The notes beneath the pieces are model-generated. The model searched no databases. It saw nothing but the letters and a program-made list of their open reading frames with translations, and was not told the DNA's origin. The position numbers and the translations under genes are program-made. Shown here piece after piece: positions 17,176-25,513 of a stretch of 32,000 nt of DNA (its first letter is position 1; each line of letters opens with the position of its first letter). The stretch comes from Halalkalibacterium halodurans (GTDB lineage Bacteria; Bacillota; Bacilli; Bacillales; Bacillaceae_D): assembly GCF_004376175.1 (NCBI RefSeq), contig NZ_SNUY01000007.1, positions 30,001 through 62,000 on the forward strand. The letters are read 5' to 3'.

Positions 17176-17192
17176 TTGAAAATCGTTCAAAC
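17176..17192 (-). promoter_or_regulatory. Degenerate LacI-type operator-like site upstream of the giant GH32 gene
   Basis: The + strand reads TTGAAAATCGTTCAAAC. It has TTGAA/TTCAA inverted arms. The core AAATCGTTCAAA resembles the TAATCGTTTAAA half of the three strong sites at 23964, 26522 and 27616. Confidence 0.3.
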
Positions 17193-17212
17193 ATTGTTCA
17201 AATCACTTAAAA

Positions 17213-17226
17213 TAAAAGCGCTTTCA
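17213..17226 (-). promoter_or_regulatory. cre-like catabolite-responsive element upstream of the giant GH32 gene
   Basis: The minus strand reads TGAAAGCGCTTTTA, matching 13 of 14 positions of the Bacillus cre consensus TGWAANCGNTNWCA. It lies in the 103-bp gap between the 760-aa gene stop and the giant gene. Confidence 0.5.
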
Positions 17227-17245
17227 TTTTTATCTGCGCCTTTCT

Positions 17246-17269
17246 CCCCTGCCGCAAAAGCCGCAGGGG
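17246..17269 (-). terminator. Weak stem-loop after the cytoplasmic LamG-GH32 gene
   Basis: CCCCTGC-cgcaaaagcc-GCAGGGG forms a GC-rich 7-bp stem. There is no clear U-tract in the gene direction, so termination is probably partial at best. Confidence 0.3.
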
Positions 17270-17277
17270 GGCACCTG

Positions 17278-19545
17278 TTACGCGTAAATTCCGTTCAACT
17301 CCCAAACGACCATCGACTCCACCACAAGAGCTTCGTCCCCAAAGAGCGATAGCCCCTTTGCGCTCCCCAATGTAGGGTATACTCGTGTCGTTAAACTTTT
17401 CACGTCATTCATATACGCTTCAACGAGAGACTTATCTAAAAACACTCGCAGCCGAAGCGGTTCATTTTTGGCAATGCCTGTCGCTCCACCTTGAACTCCC
17501 TTTGTTTTTTCATGCTGATCAAGCGTGGTCTTACTACGATCGACGAAAAAAGCTTGGGTGGAGAAGTCATAATAAAGCAACGTCTCCTCCTTACGATCAT
17601 CGGACTGACGGACGTACAAGCCGCAGCACCCTTCCTCTCGGGCTTGAAACGTCACTTGAATTTCCAACATATCACCTGAGATTTCTTTTAATTCTTGATT
17701 GACGGCAGCAACCGTTTTCTGACTCACGTCAAGTAATTTCCTTTTACGAAGAGTCTCTACTTCTATGATCGGCCTGAATTTTAGCCGATCATCTCCCGCC
17801 AAGTAAAGCTCAACAGGCAACCCGCCATTGTGGGCCCAACCCGAAGCGTATTCATACTCGATCGGCCGTTCCCCTTGAGCAATCGTAAAAAGGATGAGGC
17901 GTCCAGTCTTTGGATCGATCATCGCCGAAGGTCCGGTAAAGTGAAAATCACCTAAATCAAATAGCTGCGGCTCTTCCTCGTCAGGGAGAAACCGTCCGTT
18001 TTCACGATCCCACGTCCCGATCCAGTAAAAAACCTCCACATCTGCCTCATCCCCTATCGGACTAATGATGAAAATGTGCTTTTCTTTCCCGCGACTATCG
18101 GTTCCGAGCGGAAGCAAAATCGGGAGCTCCCACACCCTCCCTAAAAAAGGGTACTTCGCTCGATCACTTATGTAGAGGGGGCCTTTAAACGTCCATTCAT
18201 ATAAATCGTCTGATTCAAATAACAGCGCTGTTCCACCCCGGCCGTTCATACCAGAGCCGACTAGTTGGTACCAGATCGCCCCTTCTTTCCAAACAAACGG
18301 ATCGCGAAATCCATCGTCATCTAAATCGAACCCTTCTGGCTGAATCAATACAGGCTCTGAGTGCTTTATCCATTTCTTGAGCTCTATGTCGCCATCTTGC
18401 TTCACGGTACTTCGCGCTAAGCCGATCCGCTGATTCGGAAGACAGCGATTGTCACCAGCAGTAAAAAATAAAACCGGAACACCTTCTTCATCGTAATGGG
18501 CACATCCTGACCACGTTCCATCAGGGTCCACATGATCTTTTTCAGGTGAAAGGGCAACAGGCAGATCCCGCCAATGGATCAAATCCTCACTAATCCAATG
18601 ACCCCAATGAATGTTTCCCCAATACGGTCCTTGTGGATTGTGCTGATAAAAAAGGTGATACCGCCCTTTATAGTAAAGCGGGGCATGGGGTTCATTCATC
18701 CAGTGTCCCGGCGGTGAAAGGTGATATTGCGGTCGATGGACATCGGATCCAAACTCCTCACGCTGAATCGCCATATCCTTTTCAGCAATTTCCGGGATTT
18801 GCCCATCATAAATAGACAAATACGCTCGCCATTCCTTAAGAAGTTCTTCTTCCGTTAACGCTCGGCTATATATGCGGACATCATCGATCAAGCCACTAAA
18901 CATCCCGAGTGAAAACGTGTCCTCGATCATCTTCGGATCATTGTGCTTCCCAATGAGCAAATCCGTATCGGCGCAAGCAATCGGAATGCCTTTCTCTCCG
19001 TATGTGTTCGCCACTTGTGTTCCATTTAAGTAGAGAGCCATAAAGCCGTCGGTAGGATCATAGGTGGCCGCAACGTGCGTCCATTCGTTTTTCGGCACGG
19101 TGATCTCCCTGCTAGAAACTTTCAACCAGCCCTTCGCTAATCCGACGTGAAATGCCACCACGCCATGGGGTTGAAAGCCAAGGATGAATCCTGTCTTATC
19201 CTTCGGTACATGCTGATTAACGAGCGCTGCCATTACATCGTCATCAATGCCGCCATAGGAATGGGGGGCGACCCAAACGGATATGGTGAGCCCCTCTTTT
19301 AAAGGGGGGAATGCCTCCTTCTTCCTTCTCACATATGTTGAATACCCATCAAACCACAACGAATGCCCGCGAATCCCCTGTCGTCGTTTAATCGTTCGAC
19401 TAGGCTGAAACACAGCCTGCTGGAACACGTGATGAACCGCGTCTTCGATGTGTTGAACCTTATCTCGCGTAACGTGCCCTTCTCGTTCGTTAAACGGCCA
19501 ATGGGCCAAAAGGGCATGATCAATTAAACCTGCTTCACCTCTCAC
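17278..19545 (-). CDS. Cytoplasmic LamG-domain GH32 fructanase or fructotransferase (Glu-nucleophile type)
   Basis: No signal peptide or TM segment. LamG domain: LWFDGYSTYV...LTISVWVAPHSY...LYLNGTQV...FSGLIDDVRIYSRAL. GH32 motifs: RPQYHL, HWMNEPHAP (Glu codon 18693-18691), FRDPFVW, VWELPILL, and the beta-sandwich LRVFLDKSLVEAYMN. The track ATG at 19560 has no ribosome-binding site. The in-frame GTG at 19545 lies 6 nt after GGAGGGG and is preferred. Confidence 0.88.
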   Translation of the reverse strand: MRGEAGLIDHALLAHWPFNEREGHVTRDKVQHIEDAVHHVFQQAVFQPSRTIKRRQGIRGHSLWFDGYSTYVRRKKEAFPPLKEGLTISVWVAPHSYGGIDDDVMAALVNQHVPKDKTGFILGFQPHGVVAFHVGLAKGWLKVSSREITVPKNEWTHVAATYDPTDGFMALYLNGTQVANTYGEKGIPIACADTDLLIGKHNDPKMIEDTFSLGMFSGLIDDVRIYSRALTEEELLKEWRAYLSIYDGQIPEIAEKDMAIQREEFGSDVHRPQYHLSPPGHWMNEPHAPLYYKGRYHLFYQHNPQGPYWGNIHWGHWISEDLIHWRDLPVALSPEKDHVDPDGTWSGCAHYDEEGVPVLFFTAGDNRCLPNQRIGLARSTVKQDGDIELKKWIKHSEPVLIQPEGFDLDDDGFRDPFVWKEGAIWYQLVGSGMNGRGGTALLFESDDLYEWTFKGPLYISDRAKYPFLGRVWELPILLPLGTDSRGKEKHIFIISPIGDEADVEVFYWIGTWDRENGRFLPDEEEPQLFDLGDFHFTGPSAMIDPKTGRLILFTIAQGERPIEYEYASGWAHNGGLPVELYLAGDDRLKFRPIIEVETLRKRKLLDVSQKTVAAVNQELKEISGDMLEIQVTFQAREEGCCGLYVRQSDDRKEETLLYYDFSTQAFFVDRSKTTLDQHEKTKGVQGGATGIAKNEPLRLRVFLDKSLVEAYMNDVKSLTTRVYPTLGSAKGLSLFGDEALVVESMVVWELNGIYA

Positions 19546-19572
19546 AAGCTTCCCCTCCATCTTTCATATAAA

Positions 19573-19600
19573 AGCCGGAACAGTAGATTCAGCTCCGGCT
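19573..19600 (-). terminator. Intrinsic-terminator-like hairpin just upstream of the 760-aa gene start
   Basis: In the minus orientation: AGCCGGA-(14-nt loop)-TCCGGCT followed by TTTATAT. The loop and stem contain the 14-mer CGGAGCTGAATCTA, which is also present in the hairpin at 19665-19732. Confidence 0.45.
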
Positions 19601-19664
19601 CATAGACTTGCTGCTTATAAAACGAACCTTTAATCAGTGGGCGTTGAGTGAATCAGGACATTAG

Positions 19665-19732
19665 CGTCCGTTATCTCCCGCCTAAATAGATTCAGCTCCG
19701 CTCTCTATTTTGAGGCGGGAGTTTTACGGACG
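19665..19732 (-). other. Long three-segment stem-loop immediately after the solute-binding-protein stop codon
   Basis: The paired arms are CGTCCGT/ACGGACG, CTCCCGCC/GGCGGGAG and AAATAGA/TCTATTT, around a 13-nt loop. No U-tract follows. It may be an mRNA stabiliser, a processing site or a regulatory structure. Confidence 0.45.
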
Positions 19733-19733
19733 G

Positions 19734-21338
19734 TTATTGTGATAAATTTTCGTTAAAACGATCGAGGCCCTCTTGATAAATCTCCATTAATTCATCAAGC
19801 CCCATTCTCTCAAGCTGGTTCACATACGAATCCCATTCTTCCTCAACTCCGCCATTTAACAACCAAAGGGCTTGTTGCTGATTCACGAAATCTAAAATTT
19901 CCATTTCCAAACGGTTGATGCGGTCAAGCTCTTCCTCCGTGAAAAAGATATCTGGGTAATTCTCTTCCACTAAATAAGGAGCATACACTTCTTCAATGTC
20001 GTTCAGACGCTGCTTCGCACGCGGTTCCATATCGACAACCGTTCCAAAGTGCTCAGCTAGTACGACCGTCGGACCGTTCGGTGCTACTTTTTGCCGCAGT
20101 TCGCCCATCGCAACGCCTTCGTCTAGCTCTTTATTGACGAGCATCCCCTTTTCATCTTCCTCATAAATGATCCCGATCGGACCCCAACTTATTTGCGCGG
20201 ACATCTTCGGATCATAGAGCTGATCGACCCAGCGCATCGTAATTTCCGGATGCTTGTTCGCAGATGTAATCACGAACGCGCCTCTATCGTATTCGGAGTA
20301 ATTCGATCGACCGACCATTTGATGACCATTTGGCCCTTCTAACGGTGGTAAGAGCACATAGTCGTCCGCACGCTCCGGCCCAACAATTTCCTCTGTCTCC
20401 CACCAAATGTAGGCACCTAGCGTTGGTGGGTTCGTCTTCCCTTTAGCAAAATATTGACTGACATCATGGGTAAATGCTTCTGGATCAATTAGCCCTTCAT
20501 CCACCCAATCGTGGAAATAGGCAATCGCTTCTTTATACTCTGGCTGAACAGCAGTAAAAATGACATTACCGTCGCGAACGATACGATGATCCACATTATC
20601 TGGAATCCCGAAGGCGGCAAACATATCGCCGAAGTTCCCTGTCCAGTGATTGTGCATAAAGCTAAAAGGAATGACATCCTTCTTTCCAGTGCCATTCGGA
20701 TCTTCATCGCGAAAGGCACGGAGCACATCCCCAAGTTCATCAAGGGTGGTCGGCATCTCAAGTCCTAGCTCATCTAACCAAGCTTTGTTGATCGATGTAA
20801 AGTTCGGGACCGCGGCTAATCCCATCTCTTCCGCTTTCGGCAACGAATAAATGTGGCCATCAGGAGCCGTTACCATACTTTTTAGCTCTGGGCGTTGCTC
20901 AAAGATGGCTTGCAGGTTTGGCGCGTACTCCTCAATTAAATCTTCTAACGGGATGATCGTACCTGCTTGACCGTATTTGACAATCTCATGATCGGAAAAC
21001 TCAGCATTGTAAAAAGCATCGGGGAGATCGTTGCTCGCAAGCATTAAATTTTTTCGTTCTTCATAGCCATCACCAGGGATATTATCCCAAGCGATATGGA
21101 CATTGGTCATCTCCTCTAACGATTGAATGATTTCCATTTCATTAAAATCTGGTGCTAATGGCGCTTTTGGTGACACAAACTTTAACGTGACTTTTTCATC
21201 GACGATCGGCAATCCCTCTCGATGAAACTCATGGGCTCCTTCACCGTCGCCCTCCTGACTGCCAGTGCTGTTTGAACACGCGATCACCCCTACCATCAGT
21301 GCCATGATTAGTAAACATACAGCTAATCGTTTTCTCAT
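19734..21338 (-). CDS. Extracellular solute-binding lipoprotein of a carbohydrate ABC importer (large LplA-like type)
   Basis: Lipoprotein signal MRKRLAVCLLIMALMVGVIAC with the lipobox Cys, then an S/T/G linker. At ~530 aa it has the size typical of oligosaccharide-binding proteins that partner LplB/LplC-type permeases. It is strongly acidic. Confidence 0.85.
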   Translation of the reverse strand: MRKRLAVCLLIMALMVGVIACSNSTGSQEGDGEGAHEFHREGLPIVDEKVTLKFVSPKAPLAPDFNEMEIIQSLEEMTNVHIAWDNIPGDGYEERKNLMLASNDLPDAFYNAEFSDHEIVKYGQAGTIIPLEDLIEEYAPNLQAIFEQRPELKSMVTAPDGHIYSLPKAEEMGLAAVPNFTSINKAWLDELGLEMPTTLDELGDVLRAFRDEDPNGTGKKDVIPFSFMHNHWTGNFGDMFAAFGIPDNVDHRIVRDGNVIFTAVQPEYKEAIAYFHDWVDEGLIDPEAFTHDVSQYFAKGKTNPPTLGAYIWWETEEIVGPERADDYVLLPPLEGPNGHQMVGRSNYSEYDRGAFVITSANKHPEITMRWVDQLYDPKMSAQISWGPIGIIYEEDEKGMLVNKELDEGVAMGELRQKVAPNGPTVVLAEHFGTVVDMEPRAKQRLNDIEEVYAPYLVEENYPDIFFTEEELDRINRLEMEILDFVNQQQALWLLNGGVEEEWDSYVNQLERMGLDELMEIYQEGLDRFNENLSQ

Positions 21339-21367
21339 TTACATGCGCCCCCTTTTTATATCGTTTG

Positions 21368-21979
21368 CTATCCTTGAAACCCGTCGTATGCTGCCCCTAC
21401 ATTTTTGAACGCTTCATAACAAAGAACATAAATCGCATAACACGTAAAGCTCGTCATGAACACCATCAATACAGGGATCTGATAAATGAAATATCCAGCT
21501 AAAACGATAACGCCCACGCTTAAGCTTGTATATTTAAGTTGACTTGTCGCGATCAAAAACGCATTGCGAACTAAATGCACGACCGGCAAGTCAAAATGAA
21601 CAATAACCGGAAATAAATACACCGTTGTAAAGCTGAAAAGGATCAACATGAAGCCAATAAGTACTGTGACACCGAAACCGCCAATGGATTCCATTGGCTT
21701 TAACAATGGTAGATTGGCAAATAAAAGTCCCGCAAGCGGTAGCCACACCAAGGTGAGACCGATACTGACTTTCACGTTTTTTCGACAATGGTGAATAAAT
21801 GGCTTCAGCACATTCGTTTCTTTTTTCATATGCCAATCACGAAGTACACCAAACATTGCTAATGTAGCCGGAACGAATGTAATAACAGGCAAGCAAGCAA
21901 GAAGCCATAACAAGTTCAAAAGAAAGAAATTCACGCAGCGTTCTACTAGTTGATAGAGCTTGGAATCTAACAAACTCAT
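21368..21979 (-). CDS. YesL-family (DUF624) integral membrane protein
   Basis: N-terminus ...VERCVNFFLLNLLWLLACLPVITFVPATLAMFGVLRDW and about 5-6 TM segments. This family commonly accompanies LplABC-type sugar transporters in Bacilli. Confidence 0.75.
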   Translation of the reverse strand: MSLLDSKLYQLVERCVNFFLLNLLWLLACLPVITFVPATLAMFGVLRDWHMKKETNVLKPFIHHCRKNVKVSIGLTLVWLPLAGLLFANLPLLKPMESIGGFGVTVLIGFMLILFSFTTVYLFPVIVHFDLPVVHLVRNAFLIATSQLKYTSLSVGVIVLAGYFIYQIPVLMVFMTSFTCYAIYVLCYEAFKNVGAAYDGFQG

Positions 21980-22006
21980 TAGTCATCTCTCCTTATATGG
22001 CAGGAC

Positions 22007-22903
22007 TTAACCTTTAATCCCACCAATCATGACGCCTTGAACGAAGTATTTTTGCACAAACGGATAGACGATGAGAAGTGGCAAACTTCCGACGATAATC
22101 ACCCCGTATTTAATCAAATCAGCAATTCGTTGTTGGGCAGCCATCGACTCTAAGTCGCCGACCATCGTGGCCGCAGCCTCATTTTGGATTAGAATGTTCC
22201 GCAAAATGAGTTGAAGCGGGTACAGGCTTTCATCGTTTAAATAGACGAGAGCATCAAAGTACGAATTCCAATGTCCAACCGCATAGAACAGAACCATGAC
22301 AGCAATAATGGGCTTCGACAAAGGTAAGACAATCTTCGTGAAAAACTTCGTATTGGAGCATCCATCAACCTTTGCGGCCTCTAGCATTTCCTGCGGGATC
22401 GTCGCCTGGAAGAACGTCCTTGCGACGATAATATTCCAAATCGCCACCGCCTTCGGAATGATCATCGCCCACATCGTGTTGACCATCCCAAGGTTTTGGA
22501 CAACCAAGTAAGTCGGAATCAAGCCACCTGAGAAAAACATCGTAAACACGAACATCATCATGAAAAACGTGCGACCGTAAAAGTCTTTGCGTGACAAAGC
22601 ATAGGCTGCTGTTAACGTCAGGCTGACATTAAGAGCAGTACCGAGCACCGTGTAGATAATCGTATTTTTATAACCGGTCCAAATTTTCCCGTCTTGGAAA
22701 ATACGGGAATACCCTTCGAACGTAATCTCCACCGGGTAGAGCCACACATCCCCAGCAAAAATGCGATCGGGATTGCTGATAGAGGCAATGACGATAAAAT
22801 AGAGCGGGTAAAGAACCGCAAGCAACATGAGCGTTAAAAGCGTGATGTTGATCACATCAAACAGTTTGTCTTCCTTTGATCGTCTAATTGTGGACAAGCT
22901 CAT
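22007..22903 (-). CDS. Carbohydrate ABC transporter permease (LplC-like, MalG-type)
   Basis: The start is moved to the ATG at 22903 (AAGGAGGGTGG upstream), giving MSLSTIRRSKEDKLFDVINITLLTLMLLAVLYPLYF. The EAA-loop region reads EAAKVDGCSNTKFFTKIVLPLSKP. The track start at 22966 would overlap the upstream permease. Confidence 0.88.
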   Translation of the reverse strand: MSLSTIRRSKEDKLFDVINITLLTLMLLAVLYPLYFIVIASISNPDRIFAGDVWLYPVEITFEGYSRIFQDGKIWTGYKNTIIYTVLGTALNVSLTLTAAYALSRKDFYGRTFFMMMFVFTMFFSGGLIPTYLVVQNLGMVNTMWAMIIPKAVAIWNIIVARTFFQATIPQEMLEAAKVDGCSNTKFFTKIVLPLSKPIIAVMVLFYAVGHWNSYFDALVYLNDESLYPLQLILRNILIQNEAAATMVGDLESMAAQQRIADLIKYGVIIVGSLPLLIVYPFVQKYFVQGVMIGGIKG

Positions 22904-22919
22904 CTTTTTCCACCCTCCT

Positions 22920-23915
22920 TTACCATAAGCCGCTACCTGAAAGGCGTTTGGCGACTCGATTGACATACCATAGCAGGAAGAGATTAATCACGGCATTAAA
23001 TAAACCGACAGCAGCGGCAAAGCTATACTGTGCTTGCTGAAGACCGACCTTATAAACATAGGTTGGGATGATTTCAGATGCACTTTGATTCAGCGGTGTC
23101 TGCAGCAAATACGCTTTTTCAAATCCAATATTCATGATGTTTCCAACGGATAAGACGAGCAAAATCACCGCAATCGGGAGGATGGCTGGTATATCGACGT
23201 GAAGAATCCGTTGAAACTTGTTTGCACCGTCCATTATCGCGGCCTCATGAACCTCAGGATTTACCGCGGCAAGGGCAGCTAAATAAATAATCGCGGCCCA
23301 GCCTGTTTCCTGCCAAAGACTTGAACCAACGTAGAGCGGTTTAAACCACGACGCCTCTGCCAAAAAGCGAATCGGCTCCACGCCTACTAGCATTAAAAAG
23401 TTGTTCACTAATCCATTATTCGAGAAAAACACGTAGGCCATCCCGACTAACACTACGACGGAGATGAAATGCGGCGCATAAATGACCGTTTGGACAAATT
23501 TTTTATACCGTTTGAACACCAATTGATTCAGCATTAACGCAACAATGATCGGCGTCGGGAAAGTTAGAATTAATTGCAACGCACTTAAGGAAAAGGTGTT
23601 ATACATTAGATCCCAAAATTGATATGACTCAAAAAAACGGATAAAATGTTCAAGCCCTACCCACGGACTTCCGGTAATCCCTAGGCCCGGGGAGTAGTCA
23701 CGAAAGGCAATTTGCACGCCGTACATCGGAATATAGTGAAAGACAATAAAGTAAACTAGCGTAGGCAGCAGGAACAAATAAAGCTCCCAATTTTGTTTGA
23801 TTTGTTTCCAGCGCTTATTTTTCTGTCGTCTTGTTGGCTTAGAGTTGTTCACTGGGTGCAAAGGAACTTGTGGCGGCTGCTGCGAGAAGGTTTGTTTCTT
23901 TGCTGCTGGCTCCAC
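22920..23915 (-). CDS. Carbohydrate ABC transporter permease (LplB-like, MalF-type)
   Basis: Conserved WELYLFLLPTLVYFIVFHYIPMYGVQIAFRDY and the EAA loop EAAIMDGANKFQRILHVDIPAILP. The track start at 23942 is a TTG. The GTG at 23915 lies 8 nt after AGGAGGG and is preferred. The exact start is uncertain. Confidence 0.85.
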   Translation of the reverse strand: MEPAAKKQTFSQQPPQVPLHPVNNSKPTRRQKNKRWKQIKQNWELYLFLLPTLVYFIVFHYIPMYGVQIAFRDYSPGLGITGSPWVGLEHFIRFFESYQFWDLMYNTFSLSALQLILTFPTPIIVALMLNQLVFKRYKKFVQTVIYAPHFISVVVLVGMAYVFFSNNGLVNNFLMLVGVEPIRFLAEASWFKPLYVGSSLWQETGWAAIIYLAALAAVNPEVHEAAIMDGANKFQRILHVDIPAILPIAVILLVLSVGNIMNIGFEKAYLLQTPLNQSASEIIPTYVYKVGLQQAQYSFAAAVGLFNAVINLFLLWYVNRVAKRLSGSGLW

Positions 23916-23963
23916 GGCGCCTTCCCTCCTTTTTTTCTTCAAAGTCTCAAATACGCGCTTTGA

Positions 23964-23986
23964 TTTAAACGATTACGTAAACGTTT
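23964..23986 (-). promoter_or_regulatory. LacI-type operator candidate A (abuts the stop codon of the cytoplasmic GH32, upstream of the permease genes)
   Basis: The + strand reads TTTAAACGATTACGTAAACGTTT. Its reverse complement contains TACGTAATCGTTTAAA, identical over 16 nt to site C. The sequence is a near-palindrome around TTACGTAA. Confidence 0.55.
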
Positions 23987-25501
23987 TTATTTCCTCCCTG
24001 TCACGTGCTCCCACGTGCTCTGCAACGCATAAAGCTCTAACGAAACTAACCTCACCTCTCCCCCTTTCACATAAAATTCCATAGCCTTGCTATCATCTTC
24101 TGGGAAAATCAAATCGGTTATGACCACTTCGCCATCGTTTAAAAAAAGCTCAACAGAAGATTTATCCACAAAGATGTGGAACGTCACACAGCCTGTTTCT
24201 CCTTTCACCTGTATTGAATGCCGACCTTTAAACGCCTGATGGAACTCGCTCTCACCTGAATGTTCACGATCGACAAACACTTGCTGATCATTCGTCCGAT
24301 AGCCGATAATAGTTCCCTGATCGTGACCAGAGGATTTCCTCACGTTAAAGCCAAATTCTGAGGCGGTGAGATTTTCGACTGTTGCGACAATTTCAAATAC
24401 ATTTTCCGCTTGATTGGCTAGCACATTCACCGTCTCATCCACCATTTCATTTTCTATCACGAGCTTGCTCTGACGGAGGGTACGCAATTCGGCAATCGGC
24501 TGTTGCACCAATGTAATGTCTCCATTGACCGTTTCTCGAAGCCCCACTTCACGAGGAATTGACATCGCGCTCCTCCACGGGTTAGTCGGCAATTCATTGG
24601 CATATGTCCAATCGCTCATCCACGCGAGCCATATTCGCCTGCCGTCCGCACTTGGTAGATCGGAAAACGACTGAGCTGCGTAAAAATCCCGTCCGTAATC
24701 GACCCATAACGTTTCAGATGCCGGACGATCATTGGTAAAGGACACGCCGTCAAACTCGCCGATAAAATATTGACCACCGGAACCGCCTGCAATCGCCCCT
24801 GCGCCTAAATCCACTTGCAGCACCCATTTTTTCTTTGCATGATTCCCGTCGACTGGAAGCGGGAAAAGGTCTGGGCATTCCCACACACCACCATGGGCAC
24901 CGTCTGTACTACCGAATTCGCTCAAGTAATCCCACTCGATAAGATTTTTCGAGCCGTACAGCATCACTTTTTGTCCTGCCGCTACCACCATGACCCACTT
25001 GTTCGTGTCATCGTGCCAAAACACTTTTGGGTCGCGAAAATCCTTTTCTTCTCCATTGGTGAGCACCGGATTGCCGTCATACTTCTGCCATGTTCGGCCT
25101 TTGTCCTGGCTATATGCAAGACTCTGAGATTGTATCCCCAGTTGTTCATCGTGGTGGGTAAAAATGGCGACAAGTCCCTCACCACCAGTGAATAGTCCTG
25201 ACGTATTCTCCCAATCGACAACAACACTCCCTGAAAAAATCATTCCATACTCATCGGGCTCCAAGGCAATCGGCAGGTGCTCCCACCTTAGCAGATCTTG
25301 GCTCACGGCGTGACCCCAATGCATCGGTCCCCATTTCCGGCCATTCGGATGGTACTGATAAAACAAATGATATTCACCCGCATAATAGACGAGCCCATTC
25401 GGGTCATTCATCCAATTCTCCTCGGGGGTAAAATGAAATTGCGGTCGGTACTTTTCCGTATAATCGCTCACTCTATCTGTCGGTCTTTTTACATTTGGCA
25501 C
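23987..25501 (-). CDS. Cytoplasmic exo-type GH32 beta-fructosidase (exo-inulinase, levanase or sucrase type)
   Basis: YRPQFHFTPEENWMNDPNGLVYYAGEYHLFYQYHP, FRDPKVFWH, VWECPDLFPLP, and a C-terminal beta-sandwich (FHIFVDKSSVELFLNDGEVV). No signal peptide. The track start is a GTG at 25510. The in-frame GTG at 25501 lies 8 nt after GAGGAG. Either start is possible. Confidence 0.9.
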   Translation of the reverse strand: MPNVKRPTDRVSDYTEKYRPQFHFTPEENWMNDPNGLVYYAGEYHLFYQYHPNGRKWGPMHWGHAVSQDLLRWEHLPIALEPDEYGMIFSGSVVVDWENTSGLFTGGEGLVAIFTHHDEQLGIQSQSLAYSQDKGRTWQKYDGNPVLTNGEEKDFRDPKVFWHDDTNKWVMVVAAGQKVMLYGSKNLIEWDYLSEFGSTDGAHGGVWECPDLFPLPVDGNHAKKKWVLQVDLGAGAIAGGSGGQYFIGEFDGVSFTNDRPASETLWVDYGRDFYAAQSFSDLPSADGRRIWLAWMSDWTYANELPTNPWRSAMSIPREVGLRETVNGDITLVQQPIAELRTLRQSKLVIENEMVDETVNVLANQAENVFEIVATVENLTASEFGFNVRKSSGHDQGTIIGYRTNDQQVFVDREHSGESEFHQAFKGRHSIQVKGETGCVTFHIFVDKSSVELFLNDGEVVITDLIFPEDDSKAMEFYVKGGEVRLVSLELYALQSTWEHVTGRK

Positions 25502-25513
25502 CGTACCCACTCC

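Noticed and set aside
19734-23915. Missing ATP-binding subunit in the sugar ABC importer operon
   Set aside because: This is not an anomaly. CUT1-type importers in Bacilli commonly share a separately encoded MsmX-type ATPase.
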